Source: Heterodontus francisci
Taxonomy: Eukaryota
Assembly (NCBI RefSeq): GCF_036365525.1
Contig: NC_090415.1
Location: 12,400,001 to 12,464,000 of the forward strand
DNA: 64,000 nt
Direction: 5' to 3'
The notes under the pieces are model-generated. The model did no database searches. It was not told the DNA's origin and saw nothing but the letters and a program-made list of their open reading frames with translations. The position numbers were made by a program, and so were the translations under genes. Positions within the stretch are counted from its first letter, which is position 1. Every line of letters begins with the position of its first letter. Shown piece after piece: positions 24,169 through 35,762 of this stretch.

Positions 24169-26808
24169 AGCATTGTTAATCAAGGAAAGTATTACAGCGG
24201 CAGAAAGGACGTTTGAGGACTCGTCTACTGAGGTAGTATGGGCCGAGGTTAGAAACAGGAGAGGAAAGGTCACCCTGTTGGGAGTTTTCTATAGAACTCC
24301 GAATAGTTCCAGAGATCTAGAGGAAAGGATAGCGAAGATGATTCTCGACAGGAGCGAGACTAACAGGGTAGTGGTTATGGGGGACTTTAACTTTCCAAAT
24401 ATTGACTGGAAATACTATAGTTCGAGTACTTTAGATGGGTCTGTTTTTGTCCAGTGTGTGCAGGAGGGTTTTCTGACACAGTATGTGGACAGGCCAACCA
24501 GGGGCGATGCCACATTGGATTTGGTACTGGGTAATGAACCTGGCCAGGTGTTCGATTTAGATGTCGGTGAGCACTTTGGCGATAGTGATTACAATTCGGT
24601 TAGGTTTACCTTAGCGATGGGCAGGGACATGTATATACCGCAGGGCAAGAATTATAGCTGGGGGAAAGGAAATTATGACGCAATTAGGCAAGATTTAGGA
24701 TGTGTAGGATGGGGAAGGAAACTGCAGGGGATGGGCACAAACGAAATGTGGAGCTTATTCAAGGAGCAGCTAATGCGTGTCCTTGATAAGTATGTACCTG
24801 TCAGGCAGGGAGGAAGTTGTCGAGCGAGGGAGCTGTGGTTTACTCAAGAAGTTGAAGGGCTTGTCAAGAGGAAGAGGGCGGCTTATGTTAGGATGAGACG
24901 TGAAGGCTCAGTTAGGGCGCTTGAGAGTTACAAACTAGTCAGGAAGGATCTAAAGGGTGGGCTAAGAAGAGCAAGGAGAGGACACGAGAAGTCATTGGTG
25001 GATAGGATCAGGGAAAACCCTAAGGCTTTCTAAAGGTATATCAGGAATAAAAGAATGATAAGAGTTAGAACAGGGCCAATCAAGGATAGTAGTGGGAAGT
25101 TGTGTGCGGAATCAGAGGAGATAGGGGAAGCGTTAAATGAATAATTTTCGTCAGTATTTACAGTAGAGAAAGAAAATGTTGCCGAGGAGATTACTGAGAT
25201 ACAGCCTACTAGGCTAGATGGGATTGAGATTCACAAGGAGGAGGTGTTAGCAATTTTGGAAAGAGTGAAAATAGATAAGTCCCCTGGGCCAGATGGGATT
25301 TATCCGAGGATTCTCTGGGAAGCCAGGGAGGAGATTGCAGAGCCATTGTTGTTGATGTTTATGTCGTCATTGTCGACAGGAGTAGTGCCGGAGGACTGGA
25401 GGATAGCAAATGTTGTCCCCTTGTTCAAGAAGGGGAGTAGAGACAGCCCTGGTAATTATAGACCTGTGAGCCTTACTTCGGTTGTGGGTAAAATGTTGGA
25501 AAAGGTTATAAGAGATAGGATTTATAATCATCTTGAAAAGAATAAGTTCATTTGCAACAGTCAGCACGGTTTTGTGAAAGGTAGGTCGTGCCTCACAAAC
25601 CTTATTGAGTTTTTCGAGAAGGTGACCTAACAGGTGGATGAGGGTAAAGCCGTGGATGTGGTGTATATGGATTTCAGTAAGGCGTTTGATAAGGTTCCCC
25701 ACGGTAGGCTATTGCAGAAAATACGGAAGTATGGGGTTGAAGGTGATTTAGAGCTTTGGATCAGAAATTGGCGAGCTGAAAGAAGACGGTGGTTGATGGC
25801 AAATGTTCATCCTGGAGTTTAGTTACTAGTGGTGTACCGCAAGGTTCTATTTTGGGGCCACTGCTGTTTGTCATTTTTATAAACGACCTGGATGAGGGTG
25901 TAGAAGGGTGGGTTAGTAAATTTGCGGATGACACGACGGTCGGTGGAGTTGTGGATAGTGTCGAAGGGTGTTGTAGGGTACAGAGGGACATAGATAGGCT
26001 GCAGAGCTGGGCTGAGAGATGGCAAATGGAGTTTAATGCGGAGAAGTGTGAGGTGATTCACTTTGGAAGGAGTAACAGGAATGCAGAGTGCTGGGCTAAT
26101 GGGAAGATTCTTGGTAGTGTAGATGAGCAGAGAGATCTTGGTGTCCAGGTACATAAATCCCTGAAAGTTGCTACCCAGGTTAATAGGGCTGTTAAGAAGG
26201 TATATGGTGTGTTAGCTTTTATTAGTAGGGGGATCGAGTTTCGGAGCCACGAGGTCATGATGCAGCTGTACAAAACTCTGGTGAGGCCGCACCTTGAGTA
26301 TTGCGTGCAGTTCTGGTCACCGCATTACAGGAAGGATGTGGAAGCTTTGGAAAGGGTGCAGAGGAGATTTACTAGGATGTTGCCTGGTATGGAAGGAAGG
26401 TCTTACGAGGAAAGGCTGAGGGACTTGGGGTTGTTTTCGTTAGAGAGAAGGAGGAGGAGAGGTGACTTAATAGAGACATACAAGATAATCAGAGGGTTAG
26501 ATAGGGTGGATAGTGAGAGTCTTTTTCCTCGGATGATGATGGCAAACACGAGGGGACGTAGCTTTAAGTTGAGGGGTGTAAGATATAGGACAGATGTCAG
26601 AGGTAGTTTCTATACGCAGAGAGTAGTAGGGGCGTGGAACGCCCTGCCTGCAACAGTAGTAGACTCGCCAACTTTAAGGGCATTTAAGTGGTCATTGGAT
26701 AGACATATGGATGAAAATGGAATAGTGTAGGTCAGATGGTCAGCGCAACATCGAGGGCCGAAGGGCCTGTACTGCGCTGTAATGTTCTAATTCTAATTCT
26801 AATTCTAA
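24169..26808 (+). mobile_element. Young CR1 LINE, same family as 5042-8554, 5'-truncated in APE
   Basis: Near-identical ORF2 translations; several premature stops; (TTCTAA)n tail. Confidence 0.95.
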
Positions 26809-27099
26809 TTTCTTGTTTTCATTATGAAAGATTTATATCGTGACCATTACATAATTCTGGCTGAAACTAGGCGAGGCAAGGCAACTTATTATTACTGGCG
26901 ACAAATATTCAGGAAAGACAGGTCTGAAAAAATATGGAGGGTTGTGGAGTTGAAATAATTGATCAAATATAATATGATAACACTGGCAGGGATGATGTTT
27001 TTGAGGTGTTAACAAAAGCATCTATTTGGTCACATATGTGGAATATGGCAGGAGGAAATGCATAGACATTCTGGGTCGCGAAATATTTGTCCTTCCCTG

Positions 27100-28055
27100 C
27101 CGGACACGTGAGTGTGGGATTCATTCTGTGCCCATCAGTATGTGATATTTATCCGTGGCTTTTACTCCGTATCTGTCAATCTATGGTCAATGATTTGGTC
27201 ATTTCATTCAATAATTTCAATCTTCAATAGGTGATTCTGTTTTATTTTTCTCCGTAACATTCAGTTTCTCAATGGGTGATGATGGGTTTTGTTCTGTGAG
27301 TGTGGGTTTTGTTATGCATCTGTTAATATCTGATTTTGGAGTCTGGGCATTTCTCTTTATCTGTTAATTTCTGAATTGTGAATTTGTATTTTAATCTGCA
27401 CCTGTCAGTTTCTGGTATGAAAGGTTGTTTGATTTTGTCTCTGTACCTGTTAGTAAGTGGCATTTTTGTGTAGCTTTACACTGCACATGTTAATTGATGA
27501 CATGCCAGCGTTGTTGTCAGTCGACATGTCAGTCTCTGGTTTGGAGGCCTCACCTGTGGTCTGTACCAATCAGATGTCTACATATAAGGATGAGTTTTAA
27601 CCTGTTTCTTTCAATCTGTTGCATGTAAGTACTGTTTATTATCTGTATCTGTAAGTTTCTGATGAACGAATGTGGACTGTATCGTCTCCCTGTTAGTGGT
27701 TCATTAAGAGATATTTTACAAGGTACCTGCCCGTTCTGATATGTGAGTGTGGGTTGTGATCTACATCTGGCCGTTTCTGGTATGAGACATGAGCATTGTT
27801 TTCACTCTGTGTACGTTTGCCTCAAGTGTCAGAAGCTGGGTTTAGTCATACATCTCATTCTCTGCTATATGATTGTGGATTTACATCTGTACAAGTTAGT
27901 TTCGGGTACGGGCGTGTGAATTTTATTCTGTATGCCAATTTCTGGTATGTGAGTGTGTGTTCTTTCTGTCCTGTCACTTTCTTTTGAACTGTATGGTGGA
28001 TTTGCTTTGGATCTGTGAATTTCTGCTATGTGAATGTTGGCTTTCCTTTACATTT
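27100..28055. repeat. Degenerate ~40-bp T/G-rich repeat tract
   Basis: Recurrent CTGTACCTGTCAGTTTCTGATATGTGAATGTGG-like units; paralog at ~59350-60330. Confidence 0.65.
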
Positions 28056-28056
28056 G

Positions 28057-30780
28057 TCATAGAGTTATACAGCACAGAAACAGGTCCTTTGGCCCACTGT
28101 GTCTTTGCCTCCCATCAAGCATGAATCTATTCGAATCACATTTTCCAGCACTTGGCCCATAGTCTTGTATGCTATGACATTTCACGTGTTCATCGAAATC
28201 CTTCTCAAATGCTATGAGGGGTCCTGCCTCTACCAGCCCTTCAGGTAGTGTGTTCCAGATTCCAACCACACTCTGCATGAAATATTTTCTCCTCAAGTCC
28301 CCTCGAAACCTGCTGCCCATTACTTAAATCTATCTCCCCTGGTTGTTGATCCCTCCGCTGAGGGAAACGTTTTCTTCCTATCTGTACTATCAATGTCCCG
28401 TGTAATTTTGTATACCTCAATCAGTTCCCCCCTCAGCTTTCTCTGCTCCAAGGAAAACAACCCTAGCCTATCCAGTCTCTCTTCATAACTGAAATGCCAA
28501 AGCCCAGGAAACATCCTGGTGAATCTCCTCTGCACGCTCTCCATTGCAATCACGTCCTTCCTTTGGTGAGTTGACCAGAACTGTACACAGGACTCCAGCT
28601 GTGGCCTAACTAGCATTTCATTCAGCTCCCTCATAACCTCCCTGCTCTTATATTCTATGCCTCGGCTAATAAAGAAAAGTATCCCATATGTCTTCCTAAC
28701 CACCTTATCTACCCGTGCTTCTGCCTTCAGTGATCTATGGACAAGTACACCAATGTCCCTCAGACCTTCTGTACATCTTAGGATCTGACCATTCATTGTA
28801 TATTCTCTTGCCTTGTTAGGCCTCCCAAAATGCATCACCTCACATTTTCGCACTTCTCTGGATTAAATTCCATTTGCCACTGCTCCACCCATCTTACCAG
28901 CCCATCTATATCATCCTGTAATCTAAGGCTTTCCTCCTCACTATTTATGACACCAATTTTCGTGTCATCTGTGAACTTCCTGATCATATCTACTACATTC
29001 ACGTCTAAATCATTCATGTACACTACAAACAGCAATGGTCCCAGCACCGATCACTGTGGTACACCACTGGTCACAAACTTCAACTCACAAAAACAACGCT
29101 CGACCATCACCCTCTGCCTCCTGCCACTAAGCCAATTCTGAATCCAATTTGCCAAATTGGCCTGGATCCCATGGGCTCTTACCTTCTTAACCAATCTCCC
29201 ATGTGGGACCTTATCTGAAGCCTTACTGAAGTCCATGTAGACAACATCAACTGCCTTACCCTCATCTACACATCTAGTCACCACCTCAAAAAATTCAATC
29301 AAGTTTGTTAGACACGACTTATTTTTCAAGTCACCTCCTCACTCTGCTTATTATTCTTATATTTTTTTTTTTAAGTACCACCTCCCCCCACCCCCTTACA
29401 TTTTCTATAATCCTCTAGGGCCTCCGCTGTTTTCTGCCCGAATCCTCTTTTTTTTTTCCCTTATCCAATCCTCTATATCCCTTGACATCCAGGGTTCCCT
29501 GGATTTGTTGGTCCTACACTTCACCTTTATGGGAACATGTTGACCCTGAACTCTCATTATTTCCTTTTTGAATGACTCCCACTAGTCTGATGTAGACTTG
29601 CCCATAAGTAGCTTCTCGCAGTCCACTTTGGCCAGATCCTGTTTTATCATATTGAAATCGGTCTTCCCCAAATTGAGTACATTTATTTCTGGTCCTTCTT
29701 TGTCCTTTTCCATAACTACCTTAAATATTACAGAGTTATGGCCACTATCCCCGAAATGCTCCCCCACTGACACTCCTACCAGTAGTCCGGCTTCACTCCC
29801 TAGGATTCGGTCGAGCACGGCTCCTTCTTTTATAGGACTTTCTACCTGCTGGCTCAAAAAGATCTCCTGTATGAACTGAAGAATTCTGCATCCTTTAAGC
29901 CATTTGCACTAAGACGATCCCAGTTGATATTGGGTCAGTTGAAATCCCCTACAATTATTACCCTATTATTTTTACACCACTCTGAGATTTGCCGACATAT
30001 CTGCTCCTCTATCTCTCCCTGACTGTTTGGAGGCCTGTCGTACACTCCCAGCCAAGTGATTGCCCCCCTTTTTGTATTTATGTTCTACCCATATGGATCA
30101 TTTGAGGAATGTTCGAAGATATCATCCCTCCTTGTACAGTAATTGACTCCTTGATCAACAGTGCACTGCCACCTCCTATTTTATACCCTCCCCTGTCATG
30201 CCTGAAGTTTCTAGACCCTGGAACATTGAGCTGCCAGTCCTGCCCTTCCTTCAACCATGTCTCAGTGAAAACAATAATATCATATTCCCATGTGTTAATA
30301 AATGGCCTCAATTCATCTGCCTTACTAGTAAGATTCCTTGTGTTAAAATAGATGCAATCCAGCCTTGCATTGTTAGCTTGTGTCTTAACAGGTCTGCCTT
30401 TTCTCTGCCTTCCAGACTGACTCAGTTTCTCTTCTATATTTGACTGTGCATCAACCCTTACTGCACGTCCCCTCTGTATCCCACCCCCTTGCCAAATTAG
30501 TTTACAACCACCACCCACCCCCCTCCCCCAAAACCACGTGCAAACCTCCCAGCAAGGCTGTTGGTCCCGATCCAGTTCAGGTGCAATCTGTCCAACTTGT
30601 ACAATTCCCACCTTGGCTAGAAACAGACCCAGTGATCCAGGAAATTAAAGCCCTCCCTCCTGCACTATCTCTTCAGCCACACATTCATCTGCTCTATCCT
30701 CCTATTCCTATACTCACCTGCACGTGGCAGCGGGGGTAATCCAGCGATTACAACCTTTGTGGACCCCTTTTCTTTAATCT
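28057..30780 (-). mobile_element. Decayed CR1 LINE (ORF1 end, APE, RT, 3' UTR)
   Basis: FNTRNL, TETWL, DFSKASDKVPH, GVPQ, FTDD, RPQLESCVQFWS. Confidence 0.9.
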
Positions 30781-30824
30781 GCTACCTTGCTTTTGAAGTT
30801 CATGTTGCATGACCTCATCCCTCT

Positions 30825-33590
30825 TTGTACCTGTCAGTTTCTGGTATGGAATAAAGATCTTTACTCTGTACCTGCTAGTTGCTGGCAAGTGATTGTGACA
30901 TCAATCCATATCTGTCAGAGTGTGATGTTACTTCAGATTTTACTCTTCAACTGTCAGTTTCTGACATGTGAATATGGATTTTCCTCATTCTGGTCACTTA
31001 CTGCAATGTCAGTCGCTCCTTTATTCTGTGCCTGTCAGTTTCAGGTCTGGAAGAAAGATTTTTTTCATTACCTTTTATAATCTGGCAACTGAATGTGAGA
31101 TCACCCTGTATCTGTCAGTTTGTGACATATTACTGTGACTTTTACTCTTCACTTGTCAGTTTCTGATACGTGAATGTGTATTTTATTCTGGGTACCTGTC
31201 AGATACTAAAATGCAAGTATGTATTCTATTCTGTTCTTGTTTGTTACTTGTAATTAATTGGAGTGTTTACTCTTGATCTGTCAGTCTCTGGAATGTGAAT
31301 GTGGCTCTTACTCTGTGTCTGTCTGTATTGGATTTGCCAGCAAGTGTTTTTCTTTGCCTTTCTGTTCCTGACATGTGAATGTGAATTTTACTATGTACCT
31401 CTCAGTTACTGGTATGTGATTGTGGTTTTATTCTGTCTCCACGAACCTATGATTAATGATTGCAGCTTGTGTCCAAGGCATGTCAGTATCTTGTTTGCAC
31501 ATGCCCATTCTTATGTGCATGTTGCTTTATGGGAAATGACTATAGGATTTACTCTTTTTTCTGCCATATTACTTCTATGGCTTCAAGGGCTGGTCAGAGA
31601 CTGGGAATTCTGTGATGAGTAACTCATGTCCTAACTTCCCAAAGTCTTTCCACCACCTAAAAGCCACAAGTCAGAATTCTGATGGATTACTCTCCACTTG
31701 CTTGGTTGAGTGCAGCTCCAAAAACACTGAAGAAGCTTGATACCATCCAGGACAAATCAGCAGGCTTGATTATCTTACCATTCACCAGGTTATGTATTTA
31801 CTCCCTCCACCCACCAGTGCACAGTGTGTCCCATCTAAAAGATGTACTGCATCAACCTGAGGAAGTACCGTACAACAGCACCTTCCAAACCCATGACATC
31901 TGCTACTGACTGGAACATGGGCAGCAAGCTTATAAGAACATTACCACCTGCAATTTCATCTCCAGTTTGCACAACATCCTGACTTCAAAAATATAACACC
32001 ATTCCTTCATCATCACTCAGCCCAAATTCTGGAACTCCCACTTTTATGAATGACATTCATTCTGTAGCTGTTCATCAATGGTACAGTCTGAGTGTAGAAC
32101 TTATTCTGCATCTGCCACTCTGAAAGACAGGATCTGTTTGTTTATATTTAAGGAACAATGAAGGATCTCTTACACACCTAGATCTGTCTAAGTATCTGTC
32201 CCTCTTTGTATGGTATGTGTGTGAGGGATTCATTCTTTATCTCAGAATGTGGAATGTGACTATATTTATCTCTGTCACTTACTGATATGTGCATGTGCAC
32301 TTTTCACTCTATCTGCCAGCATCTGATGTGAGTGGATTTTTTAATGTACCTTTCATTTACTGATGAATTGAACGGTGGTTTTGGTTTGAATCGCTCACTT
32401 TCTGTTTACATGAATATGAGTATTCCTTCGTACTTGTCAATTACTGGTATTGAAGTAAGATCTTTAAACTGCACCTAATACAAAGCAAAATACTGTTAAT
32501 GCTGGAAATTGGAAATAAAAGCAGAAAATTCTGTAAATACACAGCAGGACTGCCAGCATCTGTGGAGACACAAACAGAGTTAGCCTTTCAGGTCAATGAC
32601 CTTTCATCAGAAAGGTCTGTCCTGATCAAAGGTCATTGACCTGAAATGTGAACGGAATTTCTCTCTCCACAGGTGCTGCCAGACTTGCAGAGTATTTCCA
32701 GCATTTTCCATTTACACTGTACATGGACATGTACATGTTCTGGCAAGTGAATGTGGGATCAATATTTAACCTTTCAGTTCTGATACGCAAATGAGGATTT
32801 TACCCAGCATGTTGTCAGTTCCTGCAGTGCAATTATCTGATTTATTCTGTAACTTTATGATTGTGGTAATTGATTGTGGGTTTGACCCTACACCTACCAG
32901 TCTCTGTAATGTGAATGTGGCTATTACTCTGTATTTATCGGTGTACAATTTGTGAGTGTGTGTTTTGCTCTCTGTGTCTGTTTCTGACATGTAAATGTGG
33001 ATTTTGCTATGTACCTCAGTTACTTTATGTGTATGTGCTTCATTCTGTTTCTGTCCATCTGTGGTGAGCTTCACATTTTCCCTGTACCTATCAGCATCAC
33101 ACTTCTTTGTATGGCCATTATTCTGCACTTGTTGGTTTATGGTAGTGCTTGAATTACTCTTTCCCTCTCATTCCCTGATATGCTACTGTAAATTTTCCTC
33201 TGTACTTGTAAGATTCCACTCTGTGATAATGTTGTTTTTCTGTCTGTCTGCGTCTGGTATGCTATTGTAAGATTCACTGTGTGCCCATCAGCTTCTGGTA
33301 TTTAAATATGAAGTTCACATTGTAACATTCAATTTGATCTGTGTGAATCTGCTTCTACCTTGAACTGACAGTTTCTATTCTGTGAGTGTACATTTGCAAT
33401 TGCACTTGTTAATTTCTGCTAAATAACTGTTTGTTTTACTCTGTGCATGTCAGTTGCTGCAATGGGAAGATGGGAAAGGTTTTTAATTCTGAAAATGGCA
33501 ATTACCGATAAGTAAATGTGGGTTTTACTCGGTAACCCTCATTCTCTGGTATTTGAGTTTGTGTCTTTTTATTCTGGTTAGCTGTCACAC
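30825..33590. repeat. Degenerate ~40-bp repeat tract with embedded TE fragments
   Basis: CTGTCAG-like anchors at ~30831, 30872, 30912, 30951, 31032, 31112 and 31152; LINE fragment at ~31600-32040. Confidence 0.65.
32476..32710. mobile_element. Head-to-head (palindromic) pair of PLE pLTR-derived hammerhead elements
   Basis: Left arm on minus CTGATGA-A-AGGTC ATT GACCT-GAAA; right arm on plus CTGATCA-A-AGGTC ATT GACCT-GAAA; centre ~32615. Confidence 0.75.
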
Positions 33591-33609
33591 TCACTTCTCT
33601 GAAGTAAAC

Positions 33610-35762
33610 ATCTCATGAACCGTCTCCAACACATTTACTTCCTTCATTAAATAAGGAGTCCAAAACTGCACACAGTATTCTAGATTGGTCTCAGCAATGC
33701 CCTGTATAACTGAAGTACAACAGGCTTATTTTCATTTTCAATTCCTCTCGTAATACTGGATAGCATTCCATTTGCCTTCCTTCTGTCTTGCTGTAACTGC
33801 ACCCTAACTTTTTTGACTCATGCACTAGAACACCTAGATCCCTCTCCAGAATTCTGCAGTCACTCAGCACTGAAGTATTTTTTAATCTTCCTGACAAAGT
33901 GAACAACTTCCCATTTTCTCACATTGTACATCATCTGCCAGATTCCTGCCCACTCACTCAACCTATCGAAATCAGTCTTCAACTTCCTTATGTCCTCTTC
34001 ACAACATACATTCCTACCTATCTTTGTTTCATCTGCAAATTTAGCTGCCATGTCATCACTCCCCTCATCTACGTCATTGATATAAATTGTAAAAGGTTGA
34101 GGCCCAGCACTCGTCACATCCTGCCAATCAGAAAAGGACCCATTTATGCATTCTGTGTGTTCTGCCAGCCAGTCAATCTTCTATCCATGCCAATATGTTA
34201 CCCATGAGCTCCTACTTTGCACAATAACCTTTTATGTGGCAACTTGTCAAATGCCTTCTGGAAAACCAAGTACTGTATGTCAAACAGGTTCCCCTTTATC
34301 CACAGTGCATGTTAGTCCTTCAAGGAACTTCAATAAATAGGTTAAACATGATTTCCCCTTCACAAAACCATGTTGACTATTCCTGATGACCTTATGTTTT
34401 TCAAAATGCCCAGCTATAGCCTCCTCATCGATCAATTCTACCACCTTCCTCATGACAGGGGTCAAGCTAACTGGCCTATAGTTAATGTTAACTTTGCATC
34501 TCTCTCCACAGATGCTGCCAGACCTGAGTATTTCCAGCACTTTTTGTTTTGTTTCAAATTTCCAGCATCTGCAGTATTTTGCTTTTATATTACTGTAGTT
34601 ACCCTGTCTCTGCTTCCACACCTTCTCGAATAGAGGGATTATATTTTCTACTTTCCAGTCTGATGTAACCCAGTTCACTTCAGCTAGCTCAACTTTCATG
34701 CCCACATAGCTGTCCTTATTTAAGTTTAAAATACTAGTCTTAGATCCACTCCTCTCATTTTGAAACTGGATGCAAAGCTCAATCATATTGTGATCATTGC
34801 TACCAAGAGGTGCAGATACTCTGAGGTCATTAATTAATCCTGTCAAATTACACAATACCAAGTCTAATATAACCTGCTCGCTGGATGGTTCTAGAAGATG
34901 CTGCTCAAAGAAACTATTTCGAAAGCATTCTATGAACTCATCATACAGGCTTCTGTTACTAATCTGATTTTTTCCAGTTTTTATGAAGATTAAAATCACC
35001 CATGATTATTTCCATCCCATTATCACAAGCACCCATTAGTTATTCTTGTAGACTTCATCCTACATTGTGATTACTGTCTGCGGGCCTGTAGACTACTCCC
35101 ACTAGTGCCTTTTTTCCCTGACTGTTCCTCATCTCCAGCCAAACCAATTCTACATACTGATCTCCTGAACCAAGGACATGTCTAACTATTGCACTAATGC
35201 CATCCTTGATTAACAGTGCCACCCCTCCAACTTTACCTAGCTTCCTATTCTTCTTGAATGTTACACATCCCTCAATATTGAGGACACAATCCTTGTCATC
35301 CTGCAGCCATGTCTCCATAATGGCTATTAGATCATATTTATTTACTTCAACATGTGCTATCAGTTTCTTTACTTTGTTATGAATGCTCCGTGCATTCACA
35401 TACAGAGCCTTTAGTTTTATCTTTTTGTTATCCTTGTAACATCTAGTGTTGACTGTTGGTCTGCTCTTAGTTTTTTTTTTCCTCTGTGTCCCTTCCTGCC
35501 ATTCTCTGGCCTTCATTTCCCCGGTTTCTATTCTGTTTTCCTGCCTTGACTTTATCCCTTGGTTTGTTACATCTGCTAAAGCTTGTTCCCCTCCCCCTTT
35601 GTTTAGATCAAGTAACTCTCTACATCCCTAGTTATACGGTTTGCTCGAACACTGGTCCCAGCTTGGCTCAGGTATAGACTGTCCGAATGGTACAGCCTCC
35701 ACTTTCCCTAGTACTGGTGCCAGTGCCCCACAAACTGAACCTGACTTCTCCCACACCAGTCT
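33610..35762 (-). mobile_element. Old CR1-group LINE with internal deletions, related to 8900-11720
   Basis: LYVNARSIHNK, IMETWL, GVVYRP, NSQHGFVKGKSCLT, KFADETK; short PLE-tail insert at ~34485-34592. Confidence 0.85.

Larger units (their letters stand above)
23101..26823 (+). mobile_element. 5'-truncated Penelope-like element (GIY-YIG endonuclease region plus pLTR tail) with a nested CR1
   Basis: VYCIRCSQCGLLYIGETK GIY-YIG motif preceded by a Cys-containing linker; exact 15-bp TSD ATGAAAGATTTATAT at 23086-23100 and 26824-26838; single copy of the site in the paralog near 59076-59090. Confidence 0.88.

Noticed and set aside
30825-33590. ~40-bp periodic motif as a CRISPR array or C2H2 zinc-finger exon
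   Set aside because: Eukaryotic context, no repeat-spacer alternation, period does not fit 84 nt, and frames are full of stops.
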